From contig NW_020843837.1 in the NCBI RefSeq assembly GCF_003704095.1, positions 310,001-374,000 on the forward strand: 64,000 nt of DNA. Reading direction: 5' to 3'. The notes under the pieces were generated by a model. It was not told where the DNA came from, did not search any database, and saw nothing but the letters and a program-made list of their open reading frames with translations. Every line of letters starts with the position of its first letter. Position 1 is the first letter of the stretch. Shown piece after piece: positions 27,595-39,200 of the stretch. A program made the translations under genes and the position numbers. Source of the DNA: Pocillopora damicornis. Lineage: Eukaryota.

Positions 27595-29158
27595 ATGTTT
27601 CACAACAGCAGATATCGTTTGACGGTTCACCCAACTCGGGTTGTCTGCTCCCTGTGCTCCCTGCCAGGGAATCGCCGCATACCCCTTCGGCCCTACTGTG
27701 TTTACCCGGGGGAACTGTGCCCTGATTCCCATTTGGAGTTTCCCATGAATCCTGTGCTGACTTTGCATTCACCCTCGTACAGCCTCGCGGCGGACTCCTT
27801 CAATGAAATGCGTGTGTCTTCTCGTCACTTCCAGCAGTCGACCACCGACACAGAACAACTGCAAATTGCAAGGGAAATCAACAGGGAAGCCAATAATTCC
27901 AACAGTGGTAGGCTCAAATTTATTAATTTTAAAAATTAGTTCCTGCCCGTATGTCTAATTTTACGGCATACGCTATCATTAGCAAGTTCAGGCTGAAAGT
28001 TACGTCTTTATTAAGAGAGAAGGTTTCGTATACTCAGTCAAAAACCATTTTTTGGCAAAGATATGACTCTTTTTTAAGTTACCTTGAATGAGAGAACAAA
28101 AAGGAGTTTCTTTTCTAAGATTTGTTAGCTTATTCCCGCATTACCAATTAAAAGCTTCAAAAGAAAGTGAAAAAAAAATAAAAAAAAAAAACGAGGAAAC
28201 CAAGGAAACAAAAGGAAAAGATATTATCTTGGGCAATCATGGATTTAATAAGATTTTGAATAAATCAAAAAAATAAAAAATAAAACCTTTACAGGAAAGT
28301 TCTCAAAGAAATTTTAAGTTACAAATAAACACATTAAGCTGCGTAATTAAAAAACATTACACGTGTATTTGTGAAGTACAAAATATTCTTTATACAAAAA
28401 AATTTGCATTTTCCCTGAGCAATGCTCGAAGTAGCTTTTAAAGCCCTTCTAACTTTTAATTTCAAAGCTAAGAGTGCAGATGACAAAAAGCAAGCGCGGG
28501 AAAATTGTGTAAGCCACCTAAACCGGAAAGCGACCATGTTTTTTTTTTTTTTTTATGACTGGGTGAATACCTATCTCTCACACAGATTGAATGGCGCGGC
28601 AGACTAAGTGTTATGTGATCTATTGTAAATTTGAAAATGACTAAGACTGTTCTGATCGACAGTGTGACTTGGTTTTATCGTCTAAGTTTATTATATAACT
28701 CGCCACCGTAGAGAGATTGTAAAGCTGGTGCAAGGAATGGCAATGGGCTAACCCTCGAAATTTCAGCTGTGGCAATTCTTTCCTGTGGCTAATTTATTGT
28801 CAACTCAGTGGATAAAACCAAATCATCTTGCAATACCCCCGCCCTCCCCTCCCCCACCAACATTGCNNNNNNNNNNNNNNNNNNNNNNNNNNNNNNNNNN
28901 NNNNNNNNNNNNNNNNNNNNNNNNNNNNNNNNNNNNNNNNNNNNNNNNNNNNNNNNNNNNNNNNNNTTTGTTGCCAAGCAAATAACTAAGTGTGTGTTTA
29001 TCTCCATGATAAAACAGATCAAAATCTGGTTCCAGAATCGCAGAATCAAATGGAGGAAGGAGAACAAGCGGCATTTCCCGGATTTCCTCGCCGGCTCTTT
29101 CACAGTGGCATGCGAAACTCGATCAGATGAAAAAGGATCCTGGATTGACAAAGTTTAG
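27595..29158 (+). pseudogene. ANTP-class homeobox gene, disrupted or with an exon hidden in the assembly gap
   Basis: Exon 29019-29158 follows a CAG acceptor and reads IKIWFQNRRIKWRKENK (helix 3, intron at the common 44/45 position). A putative first exon lies at 27595-27907. Exon-like sequence from 28448 reads ...LNRKATMF (N-terminal arm) and then hits a poly-T run, an out-of-frame SLTQIEW (28574-28594), and YITRHRREIVK (28692-28724) preceded by an in-frame stop. Confidence 0.6.
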
Positions 29159-29513
29159 GGATAAGGGGACCCATTCATCTCGGAGTCTCAGAAGCAAAGA
29201 CTACAGTATAAATGTTAAAACAAACAGTGACTTATGATGAAGCAGTGATGAAAAAAGGAGCTATAGACACTTTTAAAACTAGTTAACTTCCAGCAAAGGA
29301 ATGATATAGGAACAGAGCCAGGGTCTACCTTAGCTGCTTAACTTAGATGATTAGAACATTTTAAACGTACCATCGTTGGTTAAATCAGGTGCACTTGCTG
29401 TTAGTTAAGACTGGCATTAATTTTATCAACGCGAACATTACATATTTTCATATCTTCATAAGATGTGTACGTTTTGTTAACTTGTTTTCATTCAGCTTGT
29501 AATTTAGTATTTT

Positions 29514-29806
29514 AATGGACCATTTTACAGTCGTGTACTCAGTTGCCAAGCCTTTGATTTGCAGTGAGGCTGAAGGTGACCTTGTTGGGATAGAGACCAG
29601 TATCTTGTTAGCATGATAATAATATAATTTACATTTGAATGGCCTACGTGTAGCCGCACCCTCTTCCTCGCTTCCGTTTGCCCTTGCGGGGGAGAGTACG
29701 GATACACGTAGGCTATTCAAATTTAAATTACTTTGTTATCATGCTAACAAGATACTGGTCTCTATCACAACAAGGTCACCTTCAGCCTCACGGCTACACG
29801 TAGGCT
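29514..29806. mobile_element. Foldback/MITE with 56-bp near-perfect inverted arms
   Basis: TGAGGCTGAAGGTGACCTTGTTGGGATAGAGACCAGTATCTTGTTAGCATGATAA (29565-29619) is inverted at about 29736-29790. A second interleaved pair is GCCTACGTGTAGCCG (29642) / CGGCTACACGTAGGC (29791). Confidence 0.8.
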
Positions 29807-32800
29807 AACATTTAAAAAGCAGCAAGGTTTGTATCATAACAAGGTAATCCTTAGCCTCACTCCTGTTCAATAGCTTGGAAACTAAGCACCAGTTGTAAAA
29901 TGAACTATTCAGTAATTCAGAATTCAGAAATTTTAAACTCATCCCAGCCACCGTCTCTATTGTCGCTCTCCTAGTTACTATTTTCTCTCGATACCTGACC
30001 ATGAAAAATCACTCCCAACCGTTAAATTTTTTATCTTTCGCCAATTGGCCCTTTCTTGTATAAACGACTGAACAGTTTTAAAGAATAGGTTTCCGTGAGA
30101 GCTTTTGTACGGCTGAAGTTTATAGGCACTAAGTTGTAGAAAAGGTTACTTAATAAAATCTGACATGACAAGAATTTTCATGAACGTTTCCGCTGTCATA
30201 TTTCAAGCATGAATTCTTAATGATTTCACGAGCTAATGCTGCGATTAACTGTTCCGCATAGAAAATAAAAGAAGTTACTAGAGGTCACTAATGAAGCAGT
30301 TTGTTCAGCGTTTCCATAAAATGCAGACGTTTACAATCCAACTCAGAAACTTAAATACTGTAATCACCCTTCTTCTCTTGAGAAACATAACGGATTTTTC
30401 TCAGTTAAATATTGATGTTAACTCGAACATTCCTACTAAAAATAATTGAATCATTTCCACCCAGTGTGATAAGTGATGAAGAGGAAGTTATGCCTTCGTT
30501 TTTGTTCTCTGTCAAACAGGACTATATCCACTCTTGTTCGTTTTGAAATTGCCGTAAAAACCTGGGAACGGGAACTGTTTATTTTTTCGTGCCCATGGCG
30601 CCACCTGATAAACGAACGAGAGAGTCCTGTGGCCTAGACTGATAATAGCGACACTTCCTGTTTTTATCTCGGAGACTTCACGGGGAAGAGTTTCACTTTC
30701 GATTCTCGCTGCGGTCTCCGTGGAGTTATACATTTCATCTTGGCAAAAAAAGGTTTCATAACAACGTGCAGGTTAGTAAGAAGTTGCCATGCCCAAATTT
30801 GTTATAATTATATAATAGTTTGTTCTAGAACGCTTACTCCTTTTTCGTCCGATGGAAGAGAAGTGCTGTATAAAGTATAATGAAAGCGTAACCAGCACAC
30901 CAACAGTGAACTGTCGTTCATTTGAGGCAAAATCTTACGGAAAGTAGTCCGTATTTTCATGAGAAATGATACAACTTCCGTTTTAGTTGGTCGAGAATCA
31001 TTGCACTTTAAGGGTACCGAATAAACGTTACATTATAATATGCACACTCATTTACCATGAACACCAGAAAGGGCAACTGCGATCAAATCGTTGCTTATCA
31101 TAACAACTTGACAGATAAATTTTCATCATGAAACTGATATTAAGTCCATGGCCAATCTATTCTGTTGTGTTACTATATCGGAATAAAAATAAGGGTTGGC
31201 ATGTTGCATCACTAGTCTAGAATTACTGATAATTGTAATCGAGGACTAATAGTTGATTCCTTCTCTCGACAGCTATAATCGATCAACTGAGCCTTGCTGA
31301 AACTCTGAAGGGCCTGATTAGGTTCTCAATTAAGGTCAGAAGGGATCTGTATTTTACTTTCAAGACTTATTGATTTACAGCTCATTCTTTACAAGTTAAA
31401 TTCTGTTATTGTTCTATCTAACAAGCAACTTGAATGAATGTATGTTAATTTTCCTCAGTAATGCTTGAGCGAAACTTTTGTTTACATGTACAGAAATTTG
31501 AATTGATCTGGCTTCTGATCGTATGTGAGGCGGATTGGTTACACGCAGTTTTCTTTAGATTTGTATCCCCTTTAGCGGCTTTCTTCATGATCTGTAAACA
31601 AAATTTTGAAGCAAAATTCACTGCATACATTACAGATTTCTGAGAAGTGACGCTGTAGCATTCCATCCAACTAGCATAGAATTTAGGAACCACTGCAAAC
31701 TCATAAACCGAAAAACGTACCAAGTAATGAACATCTTTATACCAAATACAACAAATTCACTGCTAAAAGTGCAATCTTTTTTGGATTACGATTTTTTCTC
31801 AAACCGATCGCCAGAGTATTTAATTACCAGTGAATCACAAACTTCACGAGGAGCTCAACGGGGTCAATCCGAGAGTAAATCGTCGAATAGTTATTTTTCA
31901 TGACACCGTCTATGTTTAGCCCTATGGATGACTTTGCGGAAGTCTGTGTCCTACAAATTTCAGTATCTAAATAAAAATAAAGATTGAGCATCAGTTTTGG
32001 TAACCCAAAATGAAGGGATAACTGAAGAGAGAATTGTTTAATTGCTTTTCGTGACAGTTAAATTCTTACTTCTCCTTAAGACAATCTAGATGTACATTGT
32101 AGATATTAAGGCCGTTGGGAATTTTTTTTTTCGAATAGCTCTCATGCACTCGCCATTCGCTATCTATTGGTCCTCTTTAAACCGGGAAAATGCTGCTAGC
32201 TGTTCTGATTCATGTTTGAAAGACTTAAATTTAGCTTGACCCCTTGAGATGGTCAGCTGATGAATCATTCATAACAAAGGCATAGTTTATGCTTTCGTTA
32301 ACGTTAGTTCGTTCTTTTCTTAGAAAATGAAGGGAAAGTTTAATGACTGCAGTTGTATCATTTAATGAAGCCATCCACGGGGAAATCTATCACTAGGTTT
32401 ATTTGTATGTCTGTTTGTTTTTTTGCTCGCTCGACTATCCCTACAGGTTCCTTTTGCCTAGTATTTAGGACCATAGAGCATGTATTTGTCATACAAAAGT
32501 CGTTTGGATATGTTGCGATTGTTCTGACGCACTGCCCAGAAGGATAGAAATCGGAGATGCTTTACTTGGACATGATAAAACATTATAATAAAGTTTCCAT
32601 ATGAAGCGGGTTCTGATTGTCTAAAACAGCGGGGTTTATCAGAGTGCAGATGCATGGAGTAATCATGTCACGCCATCGACCAATTTGTACATTGGCCTGC
32701 CAATTCCCTGACTTCTCTCTTTTTTTTTCTTTTTGACCCAGAAAGCGAACCTTGAAAACAATATCAGAAGACACAAAAATAAGTTTGGAAACATGCCAAG

Positions 32801-33201
32801 CGCCGAAATTGAGCAAATTATAACGAGGAAAAGAAGGAAAACACCAAAATGAACACGAATTGGACTATCCAAGTTTTTTTTTAAAGCTAATTTTGACGCT
32901 GTAATGAAACTCAAACACAGTCAGCTAACTCTCGTATAGCGTAGGAATGGAAACGATGAAAGATGTATCAAAACTGAAGTCTCAAAAAGTTAAACAAATC
33001 AGAGCGTCGGAGTGACTGCGATCACGCTGTGGCCCAACGTGCAAGTTCCTTTGACTTCGCCTTCGTCTCGTTTTCGCCTACACCTATTTCCTACTTTAGC
33101 CGCTTCCTCTTTGCTTTCAACAGAACAGAGTACAATGGAGTCTTCTCTATGTGTTAATTATTTTCATTCTCGTTCATAGAGAAACACGGTTTGGTTCTGC
33201 C

Positions 33202-36200
33202 ATGGAAACTGTAGATCGGTTACTGGAGTCCTTGAGAATTTCCCAAGAAAATGGCCATAAAGATGAGGAAGAGAAATCCTGCATTGATTTAGGTAACATT
33301 TACCTTGATTTAAAACAACATGAGAAAGCTGTGGAGTTTTATGAAAAAGCCTTTTCGATCTGCAACGAAACGGGACACAAAGACGGAGAAAGACTTGTTT
33401 GCAGTAAGATTGGAATTGTCTACGCTGCTCTTGAAAAGCATGAGAAATCTCGTGAGTACTTGGAAAAAGCCCTTACAATCTGTAAGGAATCTGGACATGA
33501 GAAAGAAGAATGCGAGCTTCATAGTAATCTTGGTGACGTGTACTATGCCCTCGGTTTGCATGAAAAATCAATTGAGCACCTTGAAAATGCTCTTGCGATA
33601 AGTAAAAAAACTGGTAGCACTAAATTAGAAGCCAAATTGTACAAAAAGCTGGGTAACACGCATTTCGCTAGTAGTCAGTATGAAGAGTCCATCTCCCATT
33701 TCCAGAAAAGTCTGGAAATTCGACAAGCACTCAAAGACAGAGGTGGAGAGGGGCGCCTTTACAATCTTCTAGGTTACGTTCATTGTGCCCTTAGCCAGTA
33801 TGAGAAATCTATGGAATACTTTGAGAAAGCTCTCGTGATCAATGAGGAGGTCGAGGATAAGAGAAGAAATGGAAACATTCACATCAACCTTGGAGATGTC
33901 TATCATGCTCTTGGCCAATATAAAAAGTCAGTCGAGTATTTACGAAAAGGTCTTCAATTGAGCAAGGAGGCCCAAAGCAAACAAGGAGAAGGAAAGGCTT
34001 ACAGCAGTCTCGGAAAAGTGTATCACGTCCTTGGTGAATACGATAAAGTGATTGAGTGCTCAACAAAAAGCCTTGAGATTAGTTTAGAAGTGGGAAACAG
34101 ATATGTAGAATGTGCATCCCTCAGTAATATGGCTGGAGTATATCATGTTCGAGCCCAATACGATAAATGTCTCGAATACTATAAGAGGGCCTTAGAGATC
34201 TATCAATCTCTTGGAGATAAACACGGGCAAGGGACGATTAACACTAATCTTGGCACTCTGTATTACTCTTTAAGCAAGTATGAGCTATCCGTCACATACT
34301 ACGAAACAGCAATTAAGATCAGCAAAGACATAAGAGACAGACAAGGAGAAGCGCGAGCCTACCTTAACCTCGGCGGAGTACAGGAGGCTATTGCCAATTA
34401 TCCAGAATCTCTAAAATCATTACAGAGATCTCTCGAAATCAGTCAAGATATCGGGGACCAACAAGTCGAAGGGGCGGCTTACAGCACCATGGGTGGTGTA
34501 TATAATTCTCTGGGTCAGTTACTAGAGTCGATCGAATGTCAAGGGAAAGCCGTGAAAATCTATGAAGCGATTGGAGAAAAGCAAGGACTGGGAGAGTCGT
34601 ATAACAAGCTTGGTAGCGTGTACAGTGACCTTGGTCGGTTCCAGAAGGCACTGGAATGCTACGAGAAAGGCCTTGAGATAAGGAAAGCTATTGGTAACAA
34701 GCAAGGAGAGGCTGCATCGTACAACAATTTTGGCAGTGTCTACTACGAACTTCGACAGCTGGAGAAGGCAATCGAGAGTCACGAGAAAGCATTGCTAATT
34801 AGAAGAGAGATTCGAGACAAACGAGGGGAAGGTGTATCTTGCAACAACCTGGGCACTGTATACAACGATTTAGGCCAACATGAGAAGGCGATTGCTTATT
34901 TCAGTAAAAGTCAAGAAATAAGTTTAGAAATTGGAGATAGGCCAACGGAAAGAGTTTCTTACAATAACATGGGCAACTCGTATCTAGCAAAGGGCCAATA
35001 TTATGAGTCAATGGATTGTCAAAAGAAAGCACTCGACATCAGCATCGCCATTGGTGATAAACCTGGAGAAGCTGCGTCCTACAGTAATCTGAGCTCTGTG
35101 TGCTATGCTCTTCGAAAACACGACAAGGCGACCGAGTATCAAGAAAAAGCATTAGCAATAAGAGAGGCCATTGGTGATAAACGTGGAGAGGCTAACTCCT
35201 GCATCAATCTCGGCAATCTTTATGTCGCTCTCGGCCAATATGAAAAAAGCATCAAGTATTTTCTAAAAGCCATAGAAGCCAGCGAAGCAACAAATCAAAA
35301 GCAACAGCAAGGAATATTGTACAGCAGTCTGGGTCGTGCATATGACGCACTTGGGCAGAAAGAACAGTTCAAAGAATGCCTCATGAAAGCCATTGAAATC
35401 AGTAAGGAGATTGGAGACACAGAAAGAGAAAGCATGTCCTACAACATCTTGGGAACCAAGTGCTATGCCCTGCACCAGTATGGCGAAGCCCTCAGCTATT
35501 TTGAGCAGAGTCTCAGGGTAATGAAAGTTCTCGATAATAAAGAAAGGGAAAAAACAACATATCACAACTTGGCTACCGTGCACGAGGCTCTTGGCCAGAT
35601 TCCAGACGCCATTCAGTATCACGAAAAGGAACTCAACATTATCAAAACACACTTTGGCAAGAAGTTGGAAGAGGCGTCATGTAGCAAACTCAGCAGTCTT
35701 TATGAGGCCCTTGGTCAGTACGAGATGTCAATTAGTTACGGGGAGAAAGCCCTGGAAATCAGTAAAGTTCTCGGCGACAAACTAAGAATTGGGAAAGCGT
35801 ATGAGTTACTTGGAACTGCCCATCATTCTATCCGTCAATACGAAAAATCCATCGAGTACAGGAAAAAGGCAATTGAGGTTAGTCAAACTATAGGTGCTAG
35901 AAAGGCAGAGGCAAGATCTCACAGCCAACTTGGGAATGTTTATTACGACCTTGGATTCTTCAAAAAAGCAATTGAAAGTCATAAAAAGAGTCTTGAAATC
36001 CGAAAGGAAATAAAGGACAGACATGGAGAAGCAACCTCACACAACAACTTAGGGACTGCATACTGTGCACTTAATCAGCTTCAGGAAGCCATTGAATCTT
36101 GCCAATTAAGCCTTCAAATCAGCGAAGAAATCGGGGATAAAGTTGGAGAAATAACAGCTTGCAACAACCTTGGTAGTGTGTACAATCTTCTTTACCATCA

Positions 36201-39200
36201 TCATGACAAAATGATTAAATATCAGGAAAGGGCACTCGCAGTCAGCAAATCCATAAAGGACAAACAAGGTGAGGGAACGTCCTACAGCAACCTTGCCATT
36301 GCGTACCATGCCATCGGTGAACTTGAGAAGTCAGTCGAGTACGAAGTGAAAGCATTGGCGATCAACGATGAGATTGGTGATAAACTACGCTCAAGCATTT
36401 CCTACAACAACCTTGGCAGAATCTATTACATTTTTGGAAAGGACAAGGAATCAATCGATTGTTTCAAAAAAGGGCTCGACATCAAGAGAGAATTAAACGA
36501 CAGAGAAGGACAACGATGTTGTCATAGCAGCCTTAGCCTCTTGCTCAGTAACCTCGGCGAGTATGAAAAGGCGATTGAACATCAGCAAGAAGCTCTTAAG
36601 ATCTGCGTGGCAACTGGTAATAGAGAAGGGGAAATACTATCTAATGAATCCCTCAGCACTATATATTATTTGTTTGGCCAGTTCGACCAATCAGTCCTAT
36701 ACCAGGAAAAAGTGCGGGAGTTGAGCAAAGCGGCCGGAGATCGAAAGAAAGAAGGAACAGCTTTCAGCAATTTAGGAACCATCCACCATGCTCAGAAGAA
36801 ATTGGAGAAAGCGGCTGAGTATCAAGAAATTTCCCTAGCCATCTTCGAGGAAATTGGCGATAAAGACGGAGTAACCTTATCGTGCAACAATCTTGGTGGC
36901 ATTTACTGTGATCTTGGTCAACATCAGAAGTCCATACTGTATCACCAAAGAGCTTTAGGGCTCTGTAAAGACATCAGCGCCAGTAAAGGACAACTGCGGT
37001 GCTACAAAAACCTTGGTACAGCATACAATCTTACGGGCGAAGGGGAAAAGGCCATTGGGTATTACACGAAAGGTCTGGAGTTAAGCAGTAAAATGGGGGA
37101 CAAGAAAGAACAAAGGACACTCTACCAGAAGCTATACACCTTATCTGATGCACTGGGTAGAAAGGATGAAGCTGATAAGTACCAACAGAAAGCAGAACAA
37201 ATCAAGGAGGAGTTTGGAGAAAGACCAGAAGAAGGTGAATCTGAAGAAATCGCACAGTGTGTGTATTATGTTTTCGATCTTTATGAAAAGTCCATTGAAA
37301 ATCAAGAGAAGTGTGGAATGATTATTGCCCACAGATACGAGGACCATAGTCCTGAAATTGAAACGAAGGCGTCAATTAGGCAAAACGAAAGAGAAATGGA
37401 GATTGGGATAGCAACCGGCGACAAACTAGGAGAGGAAAGTGCTTATAATTTCCTCGCAGGCACTTACCTGAATCTTGGACAATATGTTAAGTCCATTGTG
37501 TATTTTGAAAAAGCACTGAAGCTAAGCAAAGCAGCTGGGAGAAGAGGGACCGAGGCAAATATTTATAATGGCCTTGGAATTGTGTACCAAACCCTTTGTC
37601 AGCATGAGAGGGCAAAAACATATCACGAAGAAGCGTTGAAAATCCAGAACGAAATTCAAGACAAGAGTGGAGAATATTCATCCTACACAAACCTAGCAGG
37701 TATTTACCGTGACCTTGGTCAGTACAAAGAAGCCACAGAATATCAAAAAAAGTCGCTCAGCATCTGTATCCAAAGCCACGACAGAGAAGGGGAGGCCTTA
37801 TCATACAATAACCTCGGTAGTATAGCCAATGCCCGTGGCCAACATGACGTCTCCTTGGATTACCACAAGAAAGCTCTTAAAATCAGGACAGAGATTAAAG
37901 ATAAAAAAGGGGAGGGAATCACCTATGTCAACCTTGGAAACGTTTACTTCGCACTTGGGCAGTATGAAGAATCTATCAGATACCTAGAGATGGGACTTCA
38001 AATCATTAAAGAAACTGGGCTTAAGGACAAAGAACACTTAATCCTTTACAGTCTAGGAGTCAGTCATTTTCATCAGGATAGCTTCACGAAAGCATCAGAC
38101 TACTTCTTTGAAAGCATAAAAGGCCACGAAAGCATCAGAGAATTTCTCAAAGATGAATACAAGCTCTCATTAGACGAGCAGCGAATTTCGTTTTATAAAG
38201 GACTTCCCTTGTTATTACTCAACCTTGGAAAAAAGGGGGATGCCCTTTGTGCAGCAGAAAAAGGACGAGCTCGTGCACTTGTTGATCTGATGTCAGTCAA
38301 TTTTGGCATACAAGAAGTCGAGAACACAAGTGAATTTACTTTGAGTTCGATTTCAAGGCTCGTGGAGAGCCAGCAAGTTAATTTCCTCTTCATGAGTGTC
38401 ATAACTAGACACGTCTATCTCTGGGTCATAGACAAGGACGGGAAGATAAGCGTCAATGCCAGTATGAAAGAACCAGAGCTTGATACTCCCTCTTTAGATG
38501 ATTTGGTACCAATTCCTTTGAAAGGAGGGGTGGTTGATGCCCCCGCTTTGAAAGATTTGGTGTCAAAGACATTAACATTCTTACCTGCAGACGACGAAGA
38601 AGAATACGAAGATCGGTCTTTTGCCGCATTCTATGAAGAGGAATCATCGACGACAGAGGAGGAACAAAGCGATGAAGGCGACCAGTATTACCTTCGTGGT
38701 GAAGGGGAAGAAGAAAGAGATATTAACTTAATGAAACTGTACGACCTGTTAATTGGGCCTATCCTCAAATTTATCAATGGTCCAGAGATTGTCATCATCC
38801 CTGAGGGAAATATGTTTTTGATCCCCTTTGCAGCCTTGAAAGATTCCGATGGAAAGTGCTTGTCAGAAACTAAGCGCATTCGGCTTATTCCTTCTCTGAC
38901 ATCCCTTCTGGTCATTCAAGACTCACCTAAAGAATACCATGCCCAAACTGGAACGTTGATCGTGGCTGATCCAGTTGTTCAAAGCGTAGAGTTTGAAGGA
39001 AAGGTTGGAAATTTAAAACCTCTTCCGAATGCCAGAACAGAAGCTGATATGATATCCCGTTACGTGACGGCACCAATATTAAAGCTTATTGGAGAGCAAG
39101 CTACTAAAGAGGAGGTCTTAAAAAGGATCCAGGATGTAAGTTTGGTGCACATCGCCGCTCACGGAGACGCAGAAAGAGGAGAAATTGCCCTGACGCCAAA

